Assembly: GCA_963806225.1 (NCBI GenBank)
Contig: CAWDXG010000004.1
Span: 672,001-736,000 of the forward strand
DNA length: 64,000 nucleotides
Direction of reading: 5' to 3'
Source: an uncultured delta proteobacterium
GTDB lineage: Bacteria > Myxococcota_A > Polyangia > Polyangiales > Polyangiaceae
In this document: positions 45,026 to 54,869 of the stretch, in pieces
How positions within the stretch are numbered: position 1 is the first letter of the stretch
Layout of the letters: each line of letters begins with the position of its first letter
Made by a program: the position numbers and the translations under genes
The notes under the pieces: model-generated
Database searches by the model: none
Told to the model about the DNA's origin: nothing
The model's input: the letters and a program-made list of their open reading frames with translations, nothing else

Positions 45026-46123
45026 CTAGTTGCAGCCCGCCGGCTGCATCGCCGTGATCCAGTCGCGGATGAGCTGGACGCCTTCGCTGTGGGGCATCTT
45101 GCTGCCGAGGGGTGGCATGCGGATCTTGGGATCCGTCGCGCTGATGCGGCAGATCATGACCGACTGTTCCGGGCTGCCCGGCACCACGTCGAGCGTCAGG
45201 CCACAAGTCGCGCCGCCGGCCGAGGTCGGCAGCTTGCAGACGCCCCAGTTGGTCGGATCCCCGACCGGGTCCGTGTCCCCGTACGCGAGCCGGAGCGCGC
45301 TCTGCGTCGCTCCCCCGCCCTTGGTGTGGCAGTGTCCGCAGTTCGAATCGAGGTAGGCGCGCGCGCGATCGACGAGCGGCGCCTTGCCGAACGGATCGAC
45401 GAGCGTCTGGCGCTGGGCGGCGGGCGGCGGCGCGGCGCTGAACCAGCCCAGCGAGGCCATGTGATCGATCTCGTTCTCGGGGCCGTTGCCGTAGTCGTGG
45501 TCGCGGTTGAGCTGCCGGGTGTGGCCGCCGAGCGTGTTCAGCTTCGCCCCGGTGCCGTGACACTTCTGGCAGTCGTTGGTGTTGGGCACGCCGTAGTCGT
45601 TGTGCTGCTGCTTGCCGTGCACGTCGATCCAACTGACGGGCACGTCGGCTCCGGCCACGGTGTTGACGGCCTCCGTCTCCGCGTCGTTGTAGAGATACGT
45701 GTGCGCCGTCCAGCCCGTCGACTCGTGCACGAGCAGGCGGGTCTCGATCAGCCGCTCTCCCTTCGACGGGTCACGCATGTCGGCGAGGAAGCCGAAGGTC
45801 TTGACCAGGATCGTTCCCACCGGGAACTTCCAGTCCCCCGTCGGGTCGTAGCCGACCTTCTTGCCCTCCGGCACGTACATGAAGCGGTGCTTGTTCGCGT
45901 AGTCGGAATAGAGCGGCGCGTTCACTTCGTACGGCACCACGCCGTCGTTCGGCAGCTGCCGCTTCATGTCGCGGAAGATGTGCCACTGGCCGAGCTTGTC
46001 GTACGGCTTGCCCTCGGGCGCCGGCGTCACGTGCGACGGCGGCGTCGGGCTCTGGCTGCTGCCGCAGCCCGCCAGCAGCGCGGCCAGCAGACCAAGCAGC
46101 ATCCCCGCCATCAGCGTCCTCAC
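45026..46123 (-). CDS. SO2930-family diheme c-type cytochrome lipoprotein
   Basis: LLAGC; PYEVNAPLYSDYANKHR, FPVGTILVKTF, IETRLL; CQKCH and ARAYLDSNCGHCH; RMPPLG. Confidence 0.85.
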   Translation of the reverse strand: MRTLMAGMLLGLLAALLAGCGSSQSPTPPSHVTPAPEGKPYDKLGQWHIFRDMKRQLPNDGVVPYEVNAPLYSDYANKHRFMYVPEGKKVGYDPTGDWKFPVGTILVKTFGFLADMRDPSKGERLIETRLLVHESTGWTAHTYLYNDAETEAVNTVAGADVPVSWIDVHGKQQHNDYGVPNTNDCQKCHGTGAKLNTLGGHTRQLNRDHDYGNGPENEIDHMASLGWFSAAPPPAAQRQTLVDPFGKAPLVDRARAYLDSNCGHCHTKGGGATQSALRLAYGDTDPVGDPTNWGVCKLPTSAGGATCGLTLDVVPGSPEQSVMICRISATDPKIRMPPLGSKMPHSEGVQLIRDWITAMQPAGCN

Positions 46124-46162
46124 GCCGGAATCATGTGACAGGCATCGATCAGGCGCCAGATT

Positions 46163-46202
46163 GTGTGCCATTTTGCCACAGTTTTGTGGCAAAATGGCAC
46201 AC
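46163..46202. repeat. Perfect 18-bp AT-rich inverted repeat inside the operon
   Basis: gtgtgccattttgccaca (46163-46180), loop gttt, tgtggcaaaatggcacac (46185-46202). Confidence 0.85.
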
Positions 46203-46204
46203 TT

Positions 46205-47290
46205 TCAGCGCGGAATGCGGAACCCGTCCGGAGGGACCTCGAGCCCGCTCGGCACCGTGTCGGGTCGCGACGGATCGTGGGTGCGATCGATGAGCCCCTT
46301 GTCGAGGAACATCGTGATGGCCTGAACCTCGTCGGCGGAGAGCTTCCGGCTCTGGCCCCGCTCGTGCGACCGCTCGGCCTCGTGCGCCACGGCGTCCTCG
46401 AGCTTCACCACCGAGCCGTCGTGGAAGTACGGCCCCGTCTCGCGGATGTTGCGCAACGTCGGCACGCGGAATGCGCCGCGGTCCTGCGGCTCGTTCGTCA
46501 CCTCGTAACGGCCCAGGTCGCTGCCGTCGCCGATGCCCCGATTCGCGTAGCGCTCGCTCTCGAAGCGCGGGGGCACGTGGCAGCTCGAGCAGCCCGCCTC
46601 CGCGAACAGATTCATGCCGCGGATCGACTCCGCGTTCAGCCCACCGGTGTCGCCCGCGGCGTAGCGATCGTAGTTCGCCCGCCGCGTGACGAGCGTGCGC
46701 TCGAACGCGCCCAGGGCCCGCGTCACGTCCACGTAGCTCACCGGCGCTGCTTCACGTGGAAACGCCGCCTGGAACAGCTCGACGTACTTCGGGATCGCGG
46801 ACAGATCCACGACCAGCTGCGCGGGATCGCGGTTCATCTCCACCGCGTTGGTGAGCGGCGAGTGCACCTGGCTCTCGAGCGAGTCCGCGCGGCCGTCGTC
46901 GAACAGCTGCTCGCGGTATGCGGCATTCCAGAGCGTCGGCGCGTTGCGCTGGGTGTGGTTCGGGCCGACGCGCCCCGGGCCCGTGGGGCCGGTTCCTTCG
47001 ACGCCGATCGAGCGGGGCAGGCCATCGGACATGCCCCAGATCTCGCTGTGGCAGGTCGCGCAGGCCACCTTCCGGTCCGACGACAGGATGGGGTCGTAGA
47101 ACAGCAGCCGGCCGAGCTCCGCCTTGGCATCCGTCGTGGGATTGTCGGCGGGAGCCGGCGCAACGCCCAGGAACGACCGCTTCCACGGCAGAGGCGGCCC
47201 GCTCTCGCCCGCATCGGGCGCTGGGCTGCCGCAGCCGATAGCGAGCAGCGCCGCTAGAGCTGCACCGGCGAGAGAACGGTGCCCTTGCAC
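46205..47290 (-). CDS. Diheme cytochrome c peroxidase (bCcP/MauG superfamily) lipoprotein
   Basis: LGRLLFYDPILS..CATCH, RNAPTLWN, DGRADSLE, CSSCH, FRVPTLRN..TGPYFHDG. Confidence 0.92.
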   Translation of the reverse strand: MQGHRSLAGAALAALLAIGCGSPAPDAGESGPPLPWKRSFLGVAPAPADNPTTDAKAELGRLLFYDPILSSDRKVACATCHSEIWGMSDGLPRSIGVEGTGPTGPGRVGPNHTQRNAPTLWNAAYREQLFDDGRADSLESQVHSPLTNAVEMNRDPAQLVVDLSAIPKYVELFQAAFPREAAPVSYVDVTRALGAFERTLVTRRANYDRYAAGDTGGLNAESIRGMNLFAEAGCSSCHVPPRFESERYANRGIGDGSDLGRYEVTNEPQDRGAFRVPTLRNIRETGPYFHDGSVVKLEDAVAHEAERSHERGQSRKLSADEVQAITMFLDKGLIDRTHDPSRPDTVPSGLEVPPDGFRIPR

Positions 47291-48546
47291 TGGTAGGCCG
47301 TGGAATCCGTCGTGTGCTTGGTGGGATCGCTGATCCCGTCAGGTGCGTGGAAATCGCGGAACGACGGGACGTCCGTGGTGCCCAGGCACAGGCCAATGCT
47401 CTGGCCCGGCTCCTCGATGCCGTCCCAGATGACGTCCTCGAGCGGCTTGATCTTCCACAGACCGAGCAAGCTGCGCGGCGCCCCGCCGTTGCCCGTGAAG
47501 GTGTTGTCGTGGATGTAGATCGAGTGCGAGTACGGGCTGGTTTGTGGATCCGGCTGTGGCTTCGGCGTCATCAGCATGGCCACCGTGTCGAAGCTCAACA
47601 TCAGCACGCCGGTGGAGTCGTTGTTGGTGAGCGTGTTGTTGTGGATTTCCACCTCGTCGGCGGCAAGCACCAGCATGCCGGTGCCCGTAGGCACGTTCGA
47701 GACGATCGAGCCCTGCTCGGCGAAGTTCTCCCGGTTGTTGTCGTGCACCTTGTTGTCGTGCACGTTCGACTTCATCGAGTCCTTCTTGTCGAGATTGGGC
47801 AGCGCGAACACGAGGATACCCGCCGTATTGTCCCAGGATTCGTTGCCGTAGGCTTCACCGTTGGTGGTGTTCTCGAACTCGATTCCCGCCACGTTGCCGT
47901 GCACCTTGTTGTTGCGCACGATGGCGTTCGTACATTGGCCGACGTACAGCCCCGCGTCCGCCGCGCCCACGACCTCGCTGTCCTCCACCAGCACGTTGGT
48001 GCTCTGGACCGGATAGATGGCGTAGGCCCCGTTGTTCGTCACGGAACCGGCGTCCCAGCTCACCTTGATATTGCGGAAGGTGACGCCCGTGGCACCGGTC
48101 ACGACGATGCCGTCGCCGTGGCTGTTCTTCAGCGAGAGGTTTTCGACCTTGAAGCCGTCGCCGGTGACGCTGAAGGCGTCCTTGCCCTCGGTCTGCTTGT
48201 CGAAGTCGAGCACCACATCGGTGTTCTTCGAGCCGACGCCCTTCACGGTGACGTCGTTCGTCGTCAGGCTAAGCTCCTTCTTGAAGCTGTACGAGCCCGG
48301 ACAGAAGCAGATGGTGTCGCCCGATTTCGAGTTGATGAGCTCGGTCTGCACCGCCGTCGTGTCGTCACTGCCCGCGGCCAGGATCACGCTGCAGCCCGAG
48401 GTGTCCTCCCCACCGGAACAGCTGGTGACGACTCCACCCTTCCCGGAGCCGTTGTTCGCCGGCGTGCTGCCGCTGCCGCAGCCGGCTGCAAGCAGGAGCG
48501 CGACCGGGAGCAGAACAGGGCTCCGAAGCCATCTCGCGTCAGTCAT
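47254..48546 (-). CDS. Parallel beta-helix repeat lipoprotein (TIGR03805-like)
   Basis: GGAGG SD; AAGC lipobox; NGAYAIYPV, GAADAGLYVGQ, NVAGIEFEN, NTAGILVFALP, NNRENFA. Confidence 0.87.
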   Translation of the reverse strand: MTDARWLRSPVLLPVALLLAAGCGSGSTPANNGSGKGGVVTSCSGGEDTSGCSVILAAGSDDTTAVQTELINSKSGDTICFCPGSYSFKKELSLTTNDVTVKGVGSKNTDVVLDFDKQTEGKDAFSVTGDGFKVENLSLKNSHGDGIVVTGATGVTFRNIKVSWDAGSVTNNGAYAIYPVQSTNVLVEDSEVVGAADAGLYVGQCTNAIVRNNKVHGNVAGIEFENTTNGEAYGNESWDNTAGILVFALPNLDKKDSMKSNVHDNKVHDNNRENFAEQGSIVSNVPTGTGMLVLAADEVEIHNNTLTNNDSTGVLMLSFDTVAMLMTPKPQPDPQTSPYSHSIYIHDNTFTGNGGAPRSLLGLWKIKPLEDVIWDGIEEPGQSIGLCLGTTDVPSFRDFHAPDGISDPTKHTTDSTAYQCKGTVLSPVQL

Positions 48547-48700
48547 CGACGAAACCTCCTGGGTCGTGGCCGGCGTGGGCCCCCTCCGGACGCCGCGCCG
48601 AACGCGCAGCATAGCTTCTGTATTGGCACGGAGCGACCGCCGCGCCACCCTACACGTTCCCGCAGCGAAAAACGTGGGCCCGGAGCGATCCCGGCCGGCT

Positions 48701-49273
48701 TCAGCGGAACTGGTAGGCGGCGGCCAGCCCGAAGTGCTTGCGGATGTTGTAGTACTTGAAGCCCTGCCAGCTGACCTGGGTCTCGGCGCGCAGGATGAAC
48801 CCGCCCTTGATGCGCGCGCTCAAGCCACCGGTGAAGCCCCCGACCGGATCGATTCCCCAGTTGGCGATGCGTGGGCCGCCGTACAGCCACGTCTGATCGA
48901 AGATCCGGAACGCCAGCGGCAGTGACGCCCCGAGCCAGGCGAAGCCGGCCTCGCCTTCCACACCGGCAACGAAGTCGGAGCTGCGCAGGTAGTTGATGCG
49001 CACGGCGCCGCCCGCGCCCGCCGCACCGGTGTCGAACACGGTGATGCCGGACAGCGACAGCCAACGGGTCGGCTCGCCAGTGACCCAGAGCTGCCCCGCT
49101 CCGCGCGCCGGTTCGCTGACGTACGGGCGCTTCGTGACCATCGCGGCGCCGACGCCGACCTCGAGGCTGCGGTCGTCCATGAGACCCGACGCCGGTCGGA
49201 AGCTGGCGAGCGGCGCGCAGCCACAGAGCAGCGACAGGATGGACAGGAGGAGAACCAGAAACGTCGACTTCAA
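48701..49273 (-). CDS. Hypothetical outer-membrane / lipoprotein
   Basis: LLCGC signal; amphipathic beta strands ending AAAYQFR. Confidence 0.65.
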   Translation of the reverse strand: MKSTFLVLLLSILSLLCGCAPLASFRPASGLMDDRSLEVGVGAAMVTKRPYVSEPARGAGQLWVTGEPTRWLSLSGITVFDTGAAGAGGAVRINYLRSSDFVAGVEGEAGFAWLGASLPLAFRIFDQTWLYGGPRIANWGIDPVGGFTGGLSARIKGGFILRAETQVSWQGFKYYNIRKHFGLAAAYQFR

Positions 49274-49375
49274 ATGCTACTGATTCCGATCCCCCCGCGG
49301 ACATGAAGATAGCGGCAGCGCGCGAACGCGCAACGCATCCCGCGTCGTTGTGGCGGTCGCGCAATGTCCGCGTTG

Positions 49376-49413
49376 GCGCAAAGCACACGAAATTATTTCG
49401 TCGCACTTTGCGC
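49376..49413. promoter_or_regulatory. Dyad in a divergent intergenic region, possible operator
   Basis: gcgcaaag..acgaaat-t-atttcgt..ctttgcgc. Confidence 0.4.
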
Positions 49414-49453
49414 GCGCGTGGATTTGACCAGACGCCGATCGAATGACAGCTTC

Positions 49454-50278
49454 ATGCTTCGCATGCTTCGCGCTTCGTTCTGGGCGATCGCTTCTCTCCT
49501 GCTCGTTGTCGGGTGCGGTCCGCGCCCACTGGAGCCACGCGATCCGACACCCGGCGTCCCGCACTTCACGGTCAAGACGTTCAACGTCGCGACCGGCAAG
49601 CACGACGACGCCGCCACCGTAAGCGCGGTTGGCCAGGACAACGCGGACATCGTGTGCCTGCAGGAGACGACGCCCGAGTGGGAAGCAGTGCTCCAGGCGC
49701 GCTACGGAAAACAGTACCCGTACCAGCTGTACAAGCCCACGCCTGGCGCCGCCGGGCTCGCCGTGCTGTCCCGCTATCCGGTGCTGGATGCCGGCTGGCT
49801 CTGGGCGCCCAACGCCTGGCATCCGGCCTGGCACGTGCTGGTGAAGACTCCCGCGGGCTGGCTGCAGATCCTCGACGTCCACCTCAGGGCGATGACCGAC
49901 GGGAACGGCGGGACGATGAACTCGTATCTGACGACCTCGGGCGATCACCGCTACGAGATCAAGTCGTTCACCGCCGATCTGACCAAGGACATCCCTACCC
50001 TGATCATGGGCGACTTCAACGAGTCGCCCGACGGTGCAGCGGTGCGCTACCTCGAAGACGAGGGCTACCAGAACGTGCTGCCGCTCTTCCATCCGGGCCA
50101 GCCGACGTGGCGACACGCGGGTGTCGCGGGACAGTTCCAGACGACGCTCGATCACATCCTGTTCGACGGGTCGCTGGAGCCACTGAACGCCTGGGTGATC
50201 AACGAAGGCCACTCCGACCACCTGCCCGTGATGGCGCACTTCCAGGCTGCCTACGACTGGCAGAGCAGCGGTCCGTAG
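49454..50278 (+). CDS. Endonuclease/exonuclease/phosphatase-family lipoprotein
   Basis: TFNV, DIVCLQE, LSRYP, VHL, MGDFNE, LDHI, SDHLPV. Confidence 0.9.
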   Translation: MLRMLRASFWAIASLLLVVGCGPRPLEPRDPTPGVPHFTVKTFNVATGKHDDAATVSAVGQDNADIVCLQETTPEWEAVLQARYGKQYPYQLYKPTPGAAGLAVLSRYPVLDAGWLWAPNAWHPAWHVLVKTPAGWLQILDVHLRAMTDGNGGTMNSYLTTSGDHRYEIKSFTADLTKDIPTLIMGDFNESPDGAAVRYLEDEGYQNVLPLFHPGQPTWRHAGVAGQFQTTLDHILFDGSLEPLNAWVINEGHSDHLPVMAHFQAAYDWQSSGP

Positions 50279-50302
50279 CTCGGCGCGCCGGGCCGCCGCA
50301 GG

Positions 50303-51934
50303 CTAGAAGCGGAAACCGAGCTCGATCGCCAGGCGACGGTCCCAGCGCGACTCGGAGAGCGGCGCCATCTGGCTATGACGCCACATCTGCCAGCCGTGCA
50401 GGCCGAGGTGCACCGGCGTTCGCGGCGGCGTGTAGCCCACCCAGGCCTCGCCTTCGACCATCTGGTCGCGGTTGTGGAGGTCACGGTAGACCGTCTGCTG
50501 CTCCCGATCCGCACCGTCGAGCGAGTCGTACAGACCGACGCCGCCGCGGCCGCCGAGGTCCAGTCCGCCATACGAGAGGCGGGCACCGACCCGTCCGGAA
50601 GTGCCGATCGCGAAGTAGTAGCTGTGCTTCTGCAGCACGGTTTTCGTGCCCGCGGAGCCGAAGAGCTTTTCCCACTCGCGATACGGCAGCGAACGGACGC
50701 CCGCGAAGTCGATGCTGACGCTCGCATCGAGCCGGAGCAGTGCGCCGCCGGCAGCGAACCACCACTTGGCCGAGGGCCCGATCAGATGGGCGAGCGCCAG
50801 CGTGTCGTCGCGGCCAAGCGACCAGCTGTCGATCACGCGTACCGCGCTGGCCACGGCGTACATGGACGCGTCGCCCGAGACCCCGGAAGCCGCCGGCTGG
50901 ATATCCTGGGAGTAGTAGCCGGCCAGATCCGCCTCGAAGTACAGATCCAGATCCGCCCAGCCGCTGGAGTCGAAGCCGAGGCGCGTGCGCATGTTGGTGA
51001 AGTTGCCGTTGCCGAAATCGGTCGAGAAGCGCCCCGGCCTGAGAAAGCCCGGCATCGAAACGATGCGCGCGTCGAACTTCACGTCGTGCTCGAGACCCGA
51101 ACGACCCTGGTCGTTGTCCGCGGCGGCAAACCCGTAGCCTAGGTCGAAACGGTGCGAGTAGGCCGTGCTGAAACCGAGATTGTCCGCGGGCAACGCGGGC
51201 GGCAGACGCTCGCCATCCAGCCGGTTGTGGATGTAGCGCGGGAAGCCGAGTGTCGCAGCCGCGATCTGGTTTCCGACGCCGCCCCCTTCCGGCGCGCTGT
51301 TCAGGTAGTTGCCGAACTGATTGAACCATTCGCCCGGCGCGAACCCGCCCATCGGCGTGTAGACGAGGTCGTTGATGCTGACCTTCTCCAGCCACTCCAG
51401 ACCCCACTCGAACACGGCCGAGGTCGAGAACGAGTAGAGGAGCGAGGCCGGAACCGAGAGGCCGTTGGCCCGCGCGAACGAGTAGTACCCGGTGCCGGAC
51501 GCAGCGTGCAGAACGTGGTTCGTGATGAAGAGGTTGTTATCGAAGCGTATGGCCTCGCCGGTGAAGCGCTGCGAGATGTCCGGGAAGTCCCAGTCCTCCT
51601 TGTTCTGCTCGGCCTTGACCCAGTAGTAGACGAGACCCGAGCCGAGCAGCCCGAACATCTCGGCCGCCGCTCTGACGTAGTGCGGCTTGTAGCGTTGTCT
51701 GGAAGCCCATTCGTCGTAGGTCCGCGCGAAGGATCTGCGCGCCCCGCCGGCATCTAGAAAGTAGCCGTCCGGCAACAGTGTCGACCCGAGCGCACGGTCG
51801 CCCACGGCGGGCGCGGCAGAATGCACCGGCGTCGCATTGGGGACGGCAGGCGCGGCGGCCGCAGCCGGGCCAGCTGCCAGCCCGATCGCCACGACGACCG
51901 CTCCGGAAAGCCCATGATGGTGGAGAATCGCCAT
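50303..51934 (-). CDS. DUF3943-like outer-membrane protein
   Basis: FDNNLFITNHVLH..GTGYYSFARANG..E.VSINDLVYTP..GE; C-terminal LGFRF. Confidence 0.72.
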   Translation of the reverse strand: MAILHHHGLSGAVVVAIGLAAGPAAAAAPAVPNATPVHSAAPAVGDRALGSTLLPDGYFLDAGGARRSFARTYDEWASRQRYKPHYVRAAAEMFGLLGSGLVYYWVKAEQNKEDWDFPDISQRFTGEAIRFDNNLFITNHVLHAASGTGYYSFARANGLSVPASLLYSFSTSAVFEWGLEWLEKVSINDLVYTPMGGFAPGEWFNQFGNYLNSAPEGGGVGNQIAAATLGFPRYIHNRLDGERLPPALPADNLGFSTAYSHRFDLGYGFAAADNDQGRSGLEHDVKFDARIVSMPGFLRPGRFSTDFGNGNFTNMRTRLGFDSSGWADLDLYFEADLAGYYSQDIQPAASGVSGDASMYAVASAVRVIDSWSLGRDDTLALAHLIGPSAKWWFAAGGALLRLDASVSIDFAGVRSLPYREWEKLFGSAGTKTVLQKHSYYFAIGTSGRVGARLSYGGLDLGGRGGVGLYDSLDGADREQQTVYRDLHNRDQMVEGEAWVGYTPPRTPVHLGLHGWQMWRHSQMAPLSESRWDRRLAIELGFRF

Positions 51935-52072
51935 ACGCCGGGTGTTCCCGACACACCCGCCTAGCTGCACCCCGCGTGCCACCGCGTTGCCGCGCTGGAC
52001 CTGGGGTCTTGCGCATGGAACGGCGCACCTTCTGCGCGTGAGCCCGCGCGGAGCCGCACCGGATGCGGTCGT

Positions 52073-53575
52073 TCACGGAGCTTCGAGGGAGCGTGTCCGG
52101 ACCCCGTCCGGCGTGAGCAGGAGCTCACCGGGGCCGAGCCCGCGCTCCCGGCGCCAGTCCTGGCGGAAGCTCGCATTTTCCCGTCCGAGCCCGGTCGCCG
52201 GCGTGTCGCCGAAGACGAATTCGCGGTGGATACGGTGCCAGTTCGCCTCGGCTCCGAGCTCCGTCAGGACCGAGTACACGCCCCACTGGATGCGGTTCAC
52301 GAACACGAAGTGGCGCGGCATGTTGAGCTTCTTCGAAAAGCCGGCGAAGCGCCCCTCGGGCGCGAACACCATGCGGAACGAGCGACGCGTGTACTCGTGG
52401 GTGAAGCGGAACACGCGGTCCTCACGGAACGGTTCGTAGAAGTAGCCGAAGTACTCGTACAGGTCGTCGGTCGCGAGGTCGCTGTCGGGCTTCAGGAACT
52501 CGAACTCGACGAGCAGCTCGCGGAACTCCTCCGGGCGCCCGGAGAGGTGCGCCGCCATCAGCTGCTTCCAGCGCACCAGCATGTCCGGCGGGAAGTACTT
52601 CACGCAGCCGAAGTCGAGGAACACGATGCGACCCTCGTCGTCGAACAGGTAGTTGCCCGGGTGAGGGTCGCCGTTGAACACGCCGAACTCGAACACGCAA
52701 CCGAGGATGAAGCGGTAGAGGATCTCGCCGTAGCGATCCCTTTCCGCCTGCGGCAGCTCGAGCACCTCCAGAAAGCGCCGCGCCCGGACGAGGTCGCTGG
52801 TCAGCACGCGAGACGTGGAATAGTCGGGGTGGACCCGAGGCACGCGCATGAACGGGTGACCGTCGAACAGGTCGGCGAAGGCGGCCTGGCTCCTCGCCTC
52901 CAGCTCGTAGTCGAGCTCCTCGCCAATACGCGCCCTGAGCTCGTCGACCACCGGCTTCGGGTCGAGCGCTGAATACAGCATCCCCATCATGCCGTAGAGC
53001 ATGTCGGCGTTGTCGAGGTCGGCCCTGATCGCCTCGGCCACGCCGGGGTACTGCACCTTGACCACGACGTCCTCGCCGGTTGGAAGCTCGGCGCGATGGA
53101 CCTGGCCAATGGACGCCGCAGCGAGCGGCTCGTGCTCGAAGCGGGCGAATGCGCGCTCGAGCGGGCGCCCGAGCTCCTGCTCGACAACGTTGCGGATCAG
53201 CGGGAAGTCCATCCCCGGCGCCGAAGCCTGCAGCGACGACAGCGCCAGGCGGTATTCGGCCGGCACATCGTCGCTCACGAACGACAGCATCTGGCCGAGC
53301 TTCATCAGCGCGCCCTTCATGTGGCCCATTTCCTCGGCGACCCGCTCCGCGTCGGCGCGCCGGCGCGCTTCGTCGATGCGTGCCCGCCCCTCCGCGTCGG
53401 CGAACAGGCGTCTGAGCCCCGCACCCAGGCGGCTAGTGGCAAGCCGCGCGGCGAGCCGGCCGAGGCGGGTGATGCGCCCGGCCCGCGCCCTGGACCAGCC
53501 GCTGGGCCACAAGACGAGCAGCGCGACGGCGATCGCCGCGACCAGGACCACGCCAGAGGCAAGCCAGAGCCTCAT
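52073..53575 (-). CDS. ABC1/AarF/UbiB atypical kinase
   Basis: MKGALMKLGQ, AAASIGQVHRA, VKVQYPG, EELDY..EA, DPHPGN, LDFG. Confidence 0.93.
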   Translation of the reverse strand: MRLWLASGVVLVAAIAVALLVLWPSGWSRARAGRITRLGRLAARLATSRLGAGLRRLFADAEGRARIDEARRRADAERVAEEMGHMKGALMKLGQMLSFVSDDVPAEYRLALSSLQASAPGMDFPLIRNVVEQELGRPLERAFARFEHEPLAAASIGQVHRAELPTGEDVVVKVQYPGVAEAIRADLDNADMLYGMMGMLYSALDPKPVVDELRARIGEELDYELEARSQAAFADLFDGHPFMRVPRVHPDYSTSRVLTSDLVRARRFLEVLELPQAERDRYGEILYRFILGCVFEFGVFNGDPHPGNYLFDDEGRIVFLDFGCVKYFPPDMLVRWKQLMAAHLSGRPEEFRELLVEFEFLKPDSDLATDDLYEYFGYFYEPFREDRVFRFTHEYTRRSFRMVFAPEGRFAGFSKKLNMPRHFVFVNRIQWGVYSVLTELGAEANWHRIHREFVFGDTPATGLGRENASFRQDWRRERGLGPGELLLTPDGVRTRSLEAP

Positions 53576-53682
53576 CGGCGGCCTCGGGTGGACATGGCGT
53601 CTGTTTCCTAGGCCTGGACGCACGCCGCGTAAAGACCGCCAGATGGCGGCAAGCCGCAATCCTGCCTATATAGACGACGACG

Positions 53683-54864
53683 ATGTCGCGCGTGTTGTCA
53701 TTTGCCCTGTTCTTCCTGGTGGCGCTCGCGATCACCGGCGCCGTCCACTACTACCTCTGGGCGCGGCTGGTGCGTGACGTCGACCTCGGGCCAGTCCCGT
53801 TCCGGCTCTTGACGGGGCTCTTCATCACGCTCTTTCTCAGCGTGCCACTCACCTTCGCGCTGTCGACGACGCTGCCCGCGGAAAGCGCGCGGCCCATCCT
53901 GCTTTGCACCTACAGCTGGATGGGCCTGATGTTCTTCCTGCTGGTGCTGGTCGCCGGAACCGATCTGGTGCGCGTGGTGGTGCGGGTCGGTGAGCTCGCC
54001 ACGGGCCGGCCGCCGCTGGATCCCGGCAGGCGGCTGACCCTGGCGCGGCTTCTGGCCGGTGGCGTAGCGCTGATCACCGCCGGCATGGGAGCGGCGGCCG
54101 TGCGCGGGGGCCTGGGCCGCGTGAGCGTTCGCGAGCTCCGCATCCGCCTCGGACGGCTGCCGCGGGAGCTCAACGGCCTGACCATCGTACAGCTCAGCGA
54201 CATCCACCTCGGGCCCACGCTGGGGCGGGAGTTCATGCAGGACATCGTGGCGCGCACCAACGCGCTCGAGCCGGATGTGATTGCGATCACCGGCGATCTG
54301 GTGGACGGCTCGGTCGAGCATCTGCGCGAGCACGTCGCGCCGCTCGCCGAGCTGCGCGCGCCGCACGGCGTATTCTTCGTGACCGGCAATCACGAATACT
54401 ACTCCGGGCCCGTCGCCTGGTGCCGCGAGCTCGAGCGGCTCGGCATCCGCGTGCTCCGCAACGAGCGCGTCAGCATCGGCAACGGCAACGCGAGCTTCGA
54501 CCTGGCCGGCACCGACGACTACAACGCGGCGCGCTTCGGCCACGGGCACGGCGAGGATCTGGAGCGGGCCCTGGCGGGCCGCGACGAGAGCCGCGAGCTC
54601 GTGCTGCTCGCGCACCAGCCTCGCACCATCAAGGAAGCGAAGGGCTACGGCGTGGGACTGCAGCTCTCCGGCCATACCCACGGCGGGCAGCTCTGGCCCT
54701 GGAACTACCTCGTGTACCTGCAGCAGCCGGTCGTTTCGGGCCTCGCGCGTTTCGGTCGCTCGCAGGTCTACGTCAGCAACGGCACCGGCTACTGGGGTCC
54801 GCCCATGCGCCTGGGCGCGCCGGCGGAGATCACGCGCGTGACGCTCGAGGCGGGACCGGCGTAG
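53683..54864 (+). CDS. Membrane-anchored metallophosphoesterase (YkuE/YaeI type)
   Basis: TM N-terminus; SDIHLG, TGDLVD, GNHEYY, LAHQP, SGHTHGGQ. Confidence 0.93.
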   Translation: MSRVLSFALFFLVALAITGAVHYYLWARLVRDVDLGPVPFRLLTGLFITLFLSVPLTFALSTTLPAESARPILLCTYSWMGLMFFLLVLVAGTDLVRVVVRVGELATGRPPLDPGRRLTLARLLAGGVALITAGMGAAAVRGGLGRVSVRELRIRLGRLPRELNGLTIVQLSDIHLGPTLGREFMQDIVARTNALEPDVIAITGDLVDGSVEHLREHVAPLAELRAPHGVFFVTGNHEYYSGPVAWCRELERLGIRVLRNERVSIGNGNASFDLAGTDDYNAARFGHGHGEDLERALAGRDESRELVLLAHQPRTIKEAKGYGVGLQLSGHTHGGQLWPWNYLVYLQQPVVSGLARFGRSQVYVSNGTGYWGPPMRLGAPAEITRVTLEAGPA

Positions 54865-54869
54865 TCCCT

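Noticed and set aside
46150..46202. Sigma-54 promoter from TGGCAC in the palindrome
   Set aside because: The -12 GC is absent at the required spacing (GG-N10-GG on the minus strand).
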